A stretch of 64,000 bases of DNA from positions 19,160 through 83,159 of the forward strand of contig PDTX01000005.1 in NCBI GenBank assembly GCA_002749065.1. The letters are read 5' to 3'. This document shows positions 10,710 to 19,435 of the stretch, in pieces; positions within the stretch are counted from its first letter, which is position 1, and the number at the start of each line of letters is the position of its first letter. The stretch comes from Bacteroidia bacterium. Lineage in GTDB: Bacteria > Bacteroidota > Bacteroidia > Bacteroidales > CAJPTX01. Under the pieces are notes generated by a model. It worked only from the letters and a program-made list of their open reading frames with translations. It did not search any database and had not been told where the DNA came from. Both the position numbers and the translations under genes were made by a program.

Positions 10710-10800
10710 AGCTCCTATTTTTACAACTACCTATCCTTCAAGCAGAAACGCCACACAACATACCGCTGCCGACTGGCGTGTACAATCCACACTCTGCGTA

Positions 10801-10808
10801 CAAATTTA
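10801..10808 (-). promoter_or_regulatory. Candidate -7 box TAAATTTG for the 3,431-aa gene
   Basis: Plus strand caaattta, so minus strand TAAATTTG (TAnnTTTG), about 92 nt upstream of the ATG at 10709. Motif match only. Confidence 0.35.
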
Positions 10809-11043
10809 GAGTTTTCCCCAATATCCACCAAGCAATGGGCCAAATCCACCGGGTCTATTCCACGAACGGCCCAGAACTGTTGGCCAAAGTCGCACTGCCC
10901 CCGCGGGGAAAGGCCGCGAAAAGACGAGAATACCACGCCCGGTGCCGCGGAGCACACCCCCTAGGGCGGGGCACCGCGAGGAGAAAAGCGGCCAAAACGC
11001 GAGGAATATCGGCGGAAATGCTTGCAGGTCAGAAAAGATATCA

Positions 11044-11051
11044 TACCTTTG
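11044..11051 (+). promoter_or_regulatory. Candidate -7 box TACCTTTG for the RRM gene
   Basis: TACCTTTG lies 31 nt upstream of the ATG at 11082, with a TTG about 20 nt further upstream (11021-11023) as a possible -33 element. Confidence 0.45.
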
Positions 11052-11081
11052 GGGTGTATTATTAACGGTTCAGACATCATA

Positions 11082-11351
11082 ATGAACATCTTTGTAGGAA
11101 GCCTCCCGTACCGATTCGAGGAGAGCGATTTGGAGGGCCTGTTCCAGGCCTATGGCGAAGTGAGCGCCGCACGTATTATCATGGACAGAGCCACTGGGCG
11201 TAGCAAGGGCTACGGCTTCGTGGAGATGCCCGACGACGAGGCCGCGCAGCGCGCCATCAACGAGCTCAACGGCTCGGAGGCCGGGGGGAGAACCATCGTC
11301 GTGAACGTCGCACAGGAGCGAGAGCCACGACGCAATAGCAGGGGCTACTAA
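11082..11351 (+). CDS. RNA-binding protein, single RRM domain (89 aa)
   Basis: MNIFVGSLPYRFEESDLEGLFQAYGEVSAARIIMDRATGRSKGYGFVEMPDDEAAQRAINELNG carries RNP2 (IFVGSL) and RNP1 (KGYGFVEM) motifs. Start moved to the internal ATG of ORF 11022-11351 because RRM proteins begin at MNIFVG. Confidence 0.9.
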   Translation: MNIFVGSLPYRFEESDLEGLFQAYGEVSAARIIMDRATGRSKGYGFVEMPDDEAAQRAINELNGSEAGGRTIVVNVAQEREPRRNSRGY

Positions 11352-11391
11352 ACGTTCCCTGCGCCGCCCCACACGGCGGGCGAGAGAGATT

Positions 11392-11420
11392 GAGGGGGGC
11401 TTCGGGCCCCCCTCTTTTTT
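11392..11420 (+). terminator. Rho-independent terminator after the RRM gene
   Basis: GAGGGGGGC-ttcgg-GCCCCCCTC hairpin followed by TTTTTT. Confidence 0.85.
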
Positions 11421-11453
11421 CGTAGCATACCAAGCGTAAAGACCAGAAGTAGC

Positions 11454-12764
11454 ATGTCGCAGAACCAGCAGGCCACGCGCAAAATCGTCAACGACCCCGT
11501 GCACGGCTTCATCGCCATACCCGAGGGGCTAGCCCGCCAGCTCGTAGACCACCCCGCAATGCAACGCCTACGCCGCATCGCGCAGCTCGGCCTCAGCAGC
11601 AATGTGTACCCCGGCGCGACGCACACGCGCTTCCAGCACTCGCTCGGCGCGATGCACCTGGCCAGCGGGGCGCTGGAAAACCTGGACCGGAAGGGCTACC
11701 GCATCGCCGCGGCCGAGCGCGAGGCCACCGTGGCCGCCATACTGCTCCACGATGCCGGCCACGCACCCATGTCGCACGCCCTGGAGCACGCCCTGCTACC
11801 CCAGGGCCACGAGCAGCTTACCCTGGCCATCATGCAACGCATCAACCACGAGCTCGGAGGGCAACTCGAAGCCGCCATGGCCATCTTCCAGGACCGGCAC
11901 CCCAGGCGCTTCCTCCACCAGCTCATCAGCTCGCAGCTCGACGCCGACCGCATGGACTACCTGCTGCGCGACAGCTTCTTCACCGGCGTGGTGGAGGGGA
12001 AAATACCGGCCGACAGGCTCATCAAGATGATGGAAATCCATCAGGACAACCTCGCGGTGGAGTACAAGGGGCTGTACTCCATCGAGAGCTTCCTCCAGGC
12101 GCGGCGCGTCATGTACTGGCAGGTGTACCTCCACAAGACCGTCATCATCGGGGAACAGCTGCTCAAGGCCCTGATACGCAGGGCAAAGGAGATCACGCAG
12201 GAGGATGGACAAGCCCCACCATGCACGCCCTCGCTGGCCTACTTCCTGGAGCTTGAACCGCAGCGGATCCACACCCTGGACGATGAGCTCCTCGACCGCT
12301 TCCTCGAGCTCGACGACTGCGACATCCACCTCGCCATCAAGGCTTGGCAAAAGCACCCGGACCTCACCCTGGCAAACCTCGCGCAGGCCATATACCTACG
12401 GCGGCTACCCCGCCTCTACTTCACACGCCAAGAGCCCCAGGCCGAGCTCATCGGGCAGCTCCAGGAGGCCTACCGGGCGCAGCACCCCCAGCTACCCGCC
12501 CTCCTCGCGGAACGCCTCATCATGACGGGGACGGTGCGCAACAGCACCTACCAGAGCCGGGGGGAGCAAGCACCAGCCGGGGGCGAAGAGCCAATGGGCA
12601 GCCGGGAGATTAAGCTGCTCACGCCGCAGGGCGAGGCCATCGCGCTGGCCAGCGCCTCGCGCCTCATCACGCCCGAATTCATCGCCCGGGGAGACAGCCA
12701 CACCTACCTCATCGCGCCGAAGGAGCTGGACCACCTCATCCCGCACGAGCTCATCGCGCACTAG
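11454..12764 (+). CDS. HD domain-containing phosphohydrolase (SAMHD1/dNTP triphosphohydrolase-like)
   Basis: Contains VNDPVHGFI, RFQHSLGAMHLA, LLHDAGHAPMSH and DADRMDYLLRDS, the H..HD..D metal-binding pattern of the HD superfamily. Confidence 0.85.
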   Translation: MSQNQQATRKIVNDPVHGFIAIPEGLARQLVDHPAMQRLRRIAQLGLSSNVYPGATHTRFQHSLGAMHLASGALENLDRKGYRIAAAEREATVAAILLHDAGHAPMSHALEHALLPQGHEQLTLAIMQRINHELGGQLEAAMAIFQDRHPRRFLHQLISSQLDADRMDYLLRDSFFTGVVEGKIPADRLIKMMEIHQDNLAVEYKGLYSIESFLQARRVMYWQVYLHKTVIIGEQLLKALIRRAKEITQEDGQAPPCTPSLAYFLELEPQRIHTLDDELLDRFLELDDCDIHLAIKAWQKHPDLTLANLAQAIYLRRLPRLYFTRQEPQAELIGQLQEAYRAQHPQLPALLAERLIMTGTVRNSTYQSRGEQAPAGGEEPMGSREIKLLTPQGEAIALASASRLITPEFIARGDSHTYLIAPKELDHLIPHELIAH

Positions 12765-12778
12765 CCCGCGTCCGTACG

Positions 12779-14176
12779 CTAGAATTCGCAGTGCCCGGGT
12801 GTGCGGGGGAAGGGGATCACGTCCCGTATGTTCGTCATGCCGGTCACGAAGAGCATCAGCCGCTCGAGGCCCAGACCAAAGCCGCTGTGGGGCACCGTGC
12901 CGAAGCGACGTAGGTCGAGGTACCACCAGATGTCCCGCTCCGGGATGCCCAGCTCATCCACGCGCCGCTTCAGCCTGTCGTAGTCGGCCTCCCGCTCCGA
13001 CCCGCCGATGATCTCCCCAATCTTCGGGAAGAGTACGTCCATCGCGCGCACGGTGCGGCCATCGTCGTTCTGCTTCATGTAGAAGGCCTTGATGGCGGCC
13101 GGGTAGTCGGTCAGAATCACGGGCCGGTGGAAGTGCTCCTCCACCAGGTAGCGCTCGTGCTCGCTCTGCAGGTCTATGCCCCACTCCACCGGGAACTCCC
13201 ATTTCCGCCCGGCCGCCTCGAGGATACCGATGGCCTCGGTGTAGGTCAGCCGCTCGAACGGGCTCTCGCGGACGAACTCCAACCGGGCGATCAGCTCCTT
13301 GTCCCAGTGCGCGTTGAGGAACTCCAGGTCCTCGCGGCAATGCTCCAGCGCGTAAGCGGTCAGGTACTTGAGCATGTCCTCGGCCAGATCCATGTTGTCC
13401 GTGATATCGTAGAAGGCCATCTCCGGCTCCACCATCCAGAACTCCGCCAGGTGACGGGGCGTGTTGGAGTTCTCCGCGCGGAAGGTCGGCCCGAAGGTGT
13501 AGATCTCGCCCAGCGCCGTGGCCCCGAGCTCGCCCTCCAGCTGGCCGGAGACCGTCAGGCTGGTCGGCTTGCCGAAGAAGTCCTCGCCGAAGTCCACCCG
13601 GCCATCGGCATCCATGGGCGGGTTGTCGGCCGGCAGGGTGGTCACGCGGAACATCGCGCCCGCCCCCTCAGCGTCCGAGCTGGTGATGAGCGGCGTATGG
13701 AGGTAGACGAAGCCGCGCTCATGGAAGAATTGGTGGATGGCGAAGGACATGGCGTGCCGCATCCTCAGCACCGCGCCGAAGGTGTTGGTGCGGGGGCGGA
13801 GGTAGGCCTTCTCGCGGAGGAACTCCAGGGAGTGGCCCTTCTTCTGCAGGGGGTAGGTCTGGGGGTCTGCCCGCCCGAGCAGCTCCAGCCGGGTGGCGCG
13901 CATCTCCACCCGCTGCCCCTCCCCCGGGGAGGCCACCAGCTCGCCCCACACCGAGAGGGAGGCACCCGTGCCGATATCGCGCAGCAGCTCGTCGGCGAAG
14001 GCCCCGGGGTCCACGACCACCTGCAGGCTCTGAACCGTGGAGCCATCGTTGAGCGCGATGAAAACCACGTTCTTGTTCCCCCGCTTGGAGCGCACCCACC
14101 CCTTCACGTTGAGCTGCTGCCCCGGCTCGCCCGCCCGCAGCACCTGGGCCACCCTTGTTCTCTCCTTCTGCGACAT
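12779..14176 (-). CDS. asnS: Asparagine--tRNA ligase
   Basis: [13 protein letters not shown]...[24 protein letters not shown]...[21 protein letters not shown]...[12 protein letters not shown]...[12 protein letters not shown] are class IIb aaRS motifs. Start set at the internal ATG 14176 (465 aa); the longer ORF would overlap the upstream gene. Confidence 0.92.
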   Translation of the reverse strand: MSQKERTRVAQVLRAGEPGQQLNVKGWVRSKRGNKNVVFIALNDGSTVQSLQVVVDPGAFADELLRDIGTGASLSVWGELVASPGEGQRVEMRATRLELLGRADPQTYPLQKKGHSLEFLREKAYLRPRTNTFGAVLRMRHAMSFAIHQFFHERGFVYLHTPLITSSDAEGAGAMFRVTTLPADNPPMDADGRVDFGEDFFGKPTSLTVSGQLEGELGATALGEIYTFGPTFRAENSNTPRHLAEFWMVEPEMAFYDITDNMDLAEDMLKYLTAYALEHCREDLEFLNAHWDKELIARLEFVRESPFERLTYTEAIGILEAAGRKWEFPVEWGIDLQSEHERYLVEEHFHRPVILTDYPAAIKAFYMKQNDDGRTVRAMDVLFPKIGEIIGGSEREADYDRLKRRVDELGIPERDIWWYLDLRRFGTVPHSGFGLGLERLMLFVTGMTNIRDVIPFPRTPGHCEF

Positions 14177-14205
14177 GATTCCCTCCAGTTTATTCCATGT
14201 TATTG

Positions 14206-14964
14206 CTACAACTTCTTGCTCTTCCCGCGGGCAATCTCCTCGATGATGGACGAGACGCCCGTGTCCAGTATCTCGCGGAGCGATGCCCTGTCGCGACGTA
14301 AGCGGCTGTTCACCAGGCCGTCGAGCATCGTCGGCTGGAGCAGCACCGGGTTCTCCCACTGGAAATCCGACTCGTAAACGGCTATGGGCACCACGCCCAG
14401 CTTGGGGTAGAAGGTGGCGTTGATTTTGACCCGCGGGCGGAGGTAATCCTTCGGCTTGAGGTGCGTCTCCACCGCCGGGCCAGCCCCCAGCGATAGGCCG
14501 CTCTCTGGGCTACGCAGCACCTCCACCTTCAGCCGCACGTAGATCTTGGAGGAGCCCCGCCGCTGCGCCAGCTCTATATTCGTGGCCGGGAAGCCGTACT
14601 GGTCGTACTCCCACTGCTTGCCATACGCGTTCAGCGGCATCAGCAGCAGGCTCAGCGAGCGTTCGGCCTGGCGCTGAAAGGTCTGGTAGGTGTAGGCCTT
14701 CAGCAGGAAGAACACCGGGTCGCCCTCCGAAACGCTGGAGGGGAGGCTGGGGAATAGCTCCTCGTAGGGCACCATCTTACGGCGGACATCCTCGTCGAGC
14801 GAGAAATCGAACTCGATGAGCGCCACCTCCTTATTCTTCAGCCGCAGCTTCTTGCCACTGGCCTCCTGCGCCGGGAACGTAGCGAGCACGAGCAGCACCG
14901 TGAGCAGCAGCGCGCCACGCCCCACACGCGCCAGCGCGGACCCAAATCCATACACCATATCCAA
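14206..14964 (-). CDS. Hypothetical exported protein (252 aa)
   Basis: ORF with a hydrophobic N-terminal signal/anchor ([21 protein letters not shown]). I recognise no family. Ends 29 nt upstream of asnS on the same strand. Confidence 0.55.
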   Translation of the reverse strand: MDMVYGFGSALARVGRGALLLTVLLVLATFPAQEASGKKLRLKNKEVALIEFDFSLDEDVRRKMVPYEELFPSLPSSVSEGDPVFFLLKAYTYQTFQRQAERSLSLLLMPLNAYGKQWEYDQYGFPATNIELAQRRGSSKIYVRLKVEVLRSPESGLSLGAGPAVETHLKPKDYLRPRVKINATFYPKLGVVPIAVYESDFQWENPVLLQPTMLDGLVNSRLRRDRASLREILDTGVSSIIEEIARGKSKKL

Positions 14965-15219
14965 GCTAGGTTAGTACACGCGAATATACGGATAACTTGC
15001 CAAAGCTGTCGCTGGACCGCAGGGCCCAAGGGGCAAGCCCCGAGGCGGCACACCAGCAGGAGGCGGCGCGGGAGCGAGGACGGACATCCTGTAATAATCT
15101 ATACAACAGGAATTTACACCTTTCCGGGAAGGGCGAACTCCGCCACCCGGCGAAGGGATGATGGCACAAACAAAAGCTGTCGAAATACGTTTTGCCCTAT
15201 GGATAAGAATGCAGAATAT

Positions 15220-15702
15220 ATGGAACAGACTACGGAACTGAAAGTGGGCGATATGGCCCCCAGCATGGTCACGCTCCTGCACAACGGCAAGCTGACGCAA
15301 CGGGAGGATTTCGCCGGACGGAAGGTGCTCCTCTACTTCTACCCCAAGGACAACACGCCCGGCTGCACGGCCGAGGCATGCTCCCTGCGGGACGGCTACC
15401 AGGAGCTGCAGGCCCGGGGCGTGGAGGTCATCGGCGTGAGCCCCAACACGGAGAAGTCCCACGTCGGCTTCATCGCCAAGCACAACCTACCCTTCCCCCT
15501 CATAGCCGACATCAACCACGAGCTCGCCGAGAAGTACGGCGTGTGGAAGGAGAAGAAGATGTGCGGGCGAACCTACATGGGGATCGTGCGGAAGTCCTTC
15601 CTCATCGACGAGGCGGGGCGCATCATGCACATATTCGACAAGGTCAAGACCAAGGAGCATGCCCAGCAGGTGCTGGCCGTGCTCGACAAGGCCGAGGCGT
15701 AA
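15220..15702 (+). CDS. bcp: Thioredoxin-dependent thiol peroxidase (peroxiredoxin Bcp)
   Basis: KVLLYFYPKDNTPGCTAEACSLRD is the Bcp/PrxQ active-site motif. The ORF opens at 15199, but ATG 15220 (MEQTTELKVGD) fits homolog length and leaves room after a TAcgtTTTG-like box at 15186-15194. Start is uncertain. Confidence 0.88.
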   Translation: MEQTTELKVGDMAPSMVTLLHNGKLTQREDFAGRKVLLYFYPKDNTPGCTAEACSLRDGYQELQARGVEVIGVSPNTEKSHVGFIAKHNLPFPLIADINHELAEKYGVWKEKKMCGRTYMGIVRKSFLIDEAGRIMHIFDKVKTKEHAQQVLAVLDKAEA

Positions 15703-16472
15703 TGCCCTTCCTCTTCTCGGAGACCATTTTCGGCCCGGTGCGCTCGCGGCGGCTGGGCATATCGCTGGGCGTAAACCTCCTGCCCACGTCCTCCAAGTTC
15801 TGCAACTTCAACTGCGTGTACTGCGAGTGCGGATGGACGGCCAAGGGCGGCGTACCCCGCCTACCCGCACGCCAAGAGGTTGCCCACATGCTCGAGAGCA
15901 AGCTCCGGGAGATGCACACGGCCGGGGAGTCGCTGGATGTCATCACCTTCGCCGGCAACGGTGAGCCCACCATACACCCGCAGTTCCCAGAGGTGATAGA
16001 CGACACGCTGCGCATACGCGACCTGTACTACCCCGGGGCCCGCGTCGTGGTGCTGTCCAACGCGACGATGCTGGGCCACCCAGGGGTCATGGACGCGCTC
16101 CGCCGGGTGGACCAAGCCGCCCTCAAGCTCGACTCGGCCATAGACCACACCATGCTGGCCATGGACAAGCCCCTGCAGCCGCTGAGCGTGGAGAAAATCG
16201 TGGCGCGGCTTCTGGACTTCGGCCATGAGTACACGCTGCAGACCATGTTCCTGCGGGGCGAGCACGAGGGGCAGCGCATCGACAACACGCAACCGGAGGA
16301 AGTCGAGGCATGGCTCAGCGTCGTCGAGCGGCTCCGCCCCCGCGACGTCATGGTCTACACCATAGACCGCGCCACGCCGGCAGAGGGGCTACAGAAGGTT
16401 CCCATCGCCGAGCTGGAGGACATCGGCAGACGGGTCGAGGCGCTGGGGATAAGCGTGCAGGTCCGAGGATAG
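15702..16472 (+). CDS. Radical SAM protein (256 aa)
   Basis: MPFLFSETIFGPVRSRRLGISLGVNLLP..CNFNCVYCECGW carries the CX3CX2C cluster motif. Its ATG overlaps the bcp stop (TAATG at 15700-15704). The upstream part of ORF 15378-16472 was rejected. Confidence 0.85.
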   Translation: MPFLFSETIFGPVRSRRLGISLGVNLLPTSSKFCNFNCVYCECGWTAKGGVPRLPARQEVAHMLESKLREMHTAGESLDVITFAGNGEPTIHPQFPEVIDDTLRIRDLYYPGARVVVLSNATMLGHPGVMDALRRVDQAALKLDSAIDHTMLAMDKPLQPLSVEKIVARLLDFGHEYTLQTMFLRGEHEGQRIDNTQPEEVEAWLSVVERLRPRDVMVYTIDRATPAEGLQKVPIAELEDIGRRVEALGISVQVRG

Positions 16473-16511
16473 ACAGGGGTAGACTAAGAGCGAGAGGCAA
16501 AGCCAAACGAA

Positions 16512-16541
16512 AGAGGGGGCATCCGGATGGATGCCCCCTCT
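16512..16541. terminator. Bidirectional hairpin terminator between convergent radical SAM and rnfA genes
   Basis: AGAGGGGGCATCC-ggat-GGATGCCCCCTCT, a perfect 13-bp stem, flanked by A-rich (5') and T-rich (3') sequence. Confidence 0.7.
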
Positions 16542-16564
16542 TCAATTTCGCCACTGGCCGGGTG

Positions 16565-17137
16565 CTACGCCACGCCGGAGAAGCCCATGAAGGCCAGGGC
16601 CAGCATCCCGGCCATGAGCAGGGCTATCGGCATACCGCGCATCGGCTTGGGGATGTCTGCCAGCTCGATGGACTCGCGCATCCCGGCGAAGAGTATCATC
16701 GCCAGGCCGAAGCCCATGGAGTTGGCCACGCTGTAGACTATACCCTCGAGTAGGCCTAGGTCCTTCTGTATCACCAGGATGGCCACGCCGAGCACAGCGC
16801 AGTTGGTGGTGATGAGCGGCAGGAAGATACCCAGCGCCGCGTAGAGCGAGGGGGAGACCTTCTTGAGCATGATTTCCACCATCTGCACCAGCGACGCAAT
16901 CACCAGGATGAAGCTCACCGTCTGGAGAAAGCCCACCCCGAGGGGGTTCAGCAGGAAGTGCTGCAGGAGCCAGGTCACAATCGTGGCGATGGTCATCACG
17001 AAGAGCACCGCCCCGAACATACCTATGGAGGTGTCCAGCTTCTTCGAAACGCCGAGAAAGGGGCAGATACCGAGGAACTGGGCCAGGACTATGTTGTTGA
17101 CAAAGAGCCCGGCTATGATAATGAGAAAGTATTCCAT
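16565..17137 (-). CDS. rnfA: Rnf electron transport complex subunit A
   Basis: MEYFLIIIAGLFVNNIVLAQFLGICPFLGVSKK is a canonical RnfA/RsxA N-terminus. Last gene of the rnf operon. Confidence 0.93.
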   Translation of the reverse strand: MEYFLIIIAGLFVNNIVLAQFLGICPFLGVSKKLDTSIGMFGAVLFVMTIATIVTWLLQHFLLNPLGVGFLQTVSFILVIASLVQMVEIMLKKVSPSLYAALGIFLPLITTNCAVLGVAILVIQKDLGLLEGIVYSVANSMGFGLAMILFAGMRESIELADIPKPMRGMPIALLMAGMLALAFMGFSGVA

Positions 17138-17150
17138 GGCTTATCCCTTT

Positions 17151-17744
17151 CTATTTTTTTACTAAGCGGTTGAAGAGCAGCATCAGGTAGGAGAGGGCGA
17201 TGAAGGCACCGGGGGCCAGGACTATCATCAGGGCACCGAACTTCGCGGGGTAGATCGGCGTGCCGAACATGGTGCCCGCGCCGAAGAACTCGCGGGTCAG
17301 GCCGATGGTCGTCAGGGCCAGGGTGAAGCCCAGGCCGATACCGATGCCGTCGAAGAGGGAGTGCACCACGTTGTTCTTGGCGGCGAAGGCCTCCGCACGG
17401 CCCAGGATGATACAGTTCACCACGATGAGGGGGATGAACACGCCCAGGCTCGCGTACAGGGCCGGCAGGTAGGCCTCCATGGCCATCTGGACTATCGTCA
17501 CGAAGGTGGCGATAATCACGATGAAGGAGGGGATGCGCACCTTGTCGGGGATGAAGCTCTTGACGGCGGCTACCACCATGTTCGAGCAGATCAGCACGAA
17601 GGCCGTGGCAAAGCCCATGCCCATGCCGTTGAGCGCCGAGGTCGTCGTACCCAGGGTGGGGCACATGCCCAGCACCAGGACGAACACCGGGTTCTCCTTG
17701 ATTATCCCGTTGAGGATAATGCCAACATTAGAATTTGTACTCAT
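17151..17744 (-). CDS. rnfE: Rnf electron transport complex subunit E
   Basis: NPVFVLVLGMCPTLGTTTSALNGMGMG..LIVVNCIILGRAEAFA matches the RnfE family. Confidence 0.93.
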   Translation of the reverse strand: MSTNSNVGIILNGIIKENPVFVLVLGMCPTLGTTTSALNGMGMGFATAFVLICSNMVVAAVKSFIPDKVRIPSFIVIIATFVTIVQMAMEAYLPALYASLGVFIPLIVVNCIILGRAEAFAAKNNVVHSLFDGIGIGLGFTLALTTIGLTREFFGAGTMFGTPIYPAKFGALMIVLAPGAFIALSYLMLLFNRLVKK

Positions 17745-17757
17745 AGTCTATCGCCTC

Positions 17758-18411
17758 CTATTGTTGCTCACCGCCCGCGGCGAGGGATTGTTTAAATACG
17801 CTGTAGGCACGGTTGGTCGCATCCAGGAAGGCCCGCGAGCTGATGGTGGCCGCGGTGATGGCATCGATGCTCCCGCCGTCCTTCGACACGCTCAGGCCCT
17901 CGTCGCCGGGGCACAGGCCATACACGTTGCTCTTGGCCGCCTCGGTGGCGACCTCAAAGCCGAAGACCTTCTCCACCACGCTCCGCACCGGCGCCTTGGG
18001 GGGCATGAACCAGTCCACCATCTTGGTGCCCAGCCCCGGGGTTTCCGCCTGGCTCAGCACCGAGTAGCCGGTGATCTTCCCCTCCTTGTCGAAGCCGTAC
18101 ATCACGGTTATCATCCCGCTGAAGCCCTTGGCCGAGAAGGACTCCACCGCGCCGCCGACAAACTGGCCGTCCTTGGTGGCCTTGTAGACCTTCACGGGCA
18201 TGCCGTCGGTCTCCACCACGCTCATCTCGGCGGCCGGGTCGTTGTCGTAGGGGGGGAGCACCTCCTTGAGGGCCTCGGCCACCTTGGCCTGCTTGGTCTG
18301 CTGAATCGGCTCCTGCGTCACGACGTTCATGCCGCCAAGACCGAGGGCAGACGCTATCGTCACCACCACCAGGGTGAGGACAAGATTTTTGAGAGTTGAT
18401 TCTATGGCCAT
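17758..18411 (-). CDS. rnfG: Rnf electron transport complex subunit G (FMN-binding)
   Basis: N-terminal TM helix and the flavinylation motif GGSIDAITAATISSRA. Lies between rnfD and rnfE. Confidence 0.9.
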   Translation of the reverse strand: MAIESTLKNLVLTLVVVTIASALGLGGMNVVTQEPIQQTKQAKVAEALKEVLPPYDNDPAAEMSVVETDGMPVKVYKATKDGQFVGGAVESFSAKGFSGMITVMYGFDKEGKITGYSVLSQAETPGLGTKMVDWFMPPKAPVRSVVEKVFGFEVATEAAKSNVYGLCPGDEGLSVSKDGGSIDAITAATISSRAFLDATNRAYSVFKQSLAAGGEQQ

Positions 18412-19412
18412 TACTTGCCTCCTTTTACGTGTCCAAACTTCACTGGCTTGATGTACCGGTTGATTAGCGGCACGAAAGCGTTCATTATGAGTATCGCGAA
18501 CGATACGCCCTCAGGGTAGGCCCCCCAGGTCCGGATGACCACGGTGAGCACCCCGATGCCCAGGCCGTACAGCAGCATGCCCTTCTTGCTCATGGGCGAG
18601 GTCACGTAGTCCGTGGCCATGTAGATCGCCCCCAGCATCAGGCCGCCGGAGAGCAGGTGCGTCACGGGGGCCGCGTACTGCTCGGGCGAGGCCAGGTTCA
18701 GGATGCCGGCCAGGACCGCCACGGTGACGAATATCGCCACCGGGATGTGCCACGTAATCACGTGCCGGATCAGCAGGTAGCCAAAGCCCAGCAGCAGGGC
18801 CAGCGCCGAGACCTCACCGAGCGAGCCGCCCATCTGCCCCACCAGCATATCCGCGCTGGAGGGGAGATGGCCCATCGCATCCGAGAGCGGCAGGCCACCC
18901 TTCGCGGCGCCCTTGAGGAATGCCAGCGGGGTGGCCCCCGTGGCGGCATCCATGTAGGCCATGCTCATGGGCGAGGGCACGGGCCAGGTGGTCATCTGCA
19001 CCGGGAAGGACACCAGCAGGAAGGCGCGGGCGAAGAGGGCCGGGTTGAAGATGTTGTTGCCCAGGCCACCGAAGCTCATCTTGCCCATCGCGATGGCGAC
19101 AAAGCCACCAATGAGCAGAATCCACCACGGTATGTTGCTCGGGACGTTCATGGCCAGCAGCAGGCCCGTGAGCACGGCCGAGCCATCCTGGATGGTCGTG
19201 GGCACCTTGAAGATAAAGCGGGCCATGAGCCACTCCACCAGCACGCACGTGCCGACGGAGAGTATGGTCACTATCAGCGCACCCAGACCGAAGAAGTACA
19301 AACCGACCAGCCACGCGGGTATCAGGGCGATAACCACATCGAGCATCAAGCTCTGGGTCGTTTTCTTACCGTGCACGTGTGGCGACGGCGCAATGTTAAG
19401 CATGTTCTCCAT
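18411..19412 (-). CDS. rnfD: Rnf electron transport complex subunit D
   Basis: Polytopic membrane protein with APSPHVH...IYMATDYVTSP (RnfD/NqrB family). Its stop overlaps the rnfG start by 1 nt. Confidence 0.93.
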   Translation of the reverse strand: MENMLNIAPSPHVHGKKTTQSLMLDVVIALIPAWLVGLYFFGLGALIVTILSVGTCVLVEWLMARFIFKVPTTIQDGSAVLTGLLLAMNVPSNIPWWILLIGGFVAIAMGKMSFGGLGNNIFNPALFARAFLLVSFPVQMTTWPVPSPMSMAYMDAATGATPLAFLKGAAKGGLPLSDAMGHLPSSADMLVGQMGGSLGEVSALALLLGFGYLLIRHVITWHIPVAIFVTVAVLAGILNLASPEQYAAPVTHLLSGGLMLGAIYMATDYVTSPMSKKGMLLYGLGIGVLTVVIRTWGAYPEGVSFAILIMNAFVPLINRYIKPVKFGHVKGGK

Positions 19413-19435
19413 CTCTATTGTTTCCTCTTTATTGC

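Noticed and set aside
14177-14359. N-terminal 61-aa extension of the asnS ORF
   Set aside because: The extension overlaps the upstream 252-aa gene and is not homologous to AsnS. The conserved N-terminus starts at MSQKERTRV (ATG 14176).
13127-14377. 416-aa plus-strand ORF
   Set aside because: It is antisense to asnS, whose translation has all class II synthetase motifs. This is a GC-rich artefact. The same reasoning applies to 46383-47660 (antisense to rpoA), 62162-63121 (fusA) and 56880-57878 (rpsC/rplV).
15378-15701. Upstream 108 codons of ORF 15378-16472
   Set aside because: This part lies out of frame inside bcp. The radical SAM homology begins at MPFLFSETIFGPV (ATG 15702).
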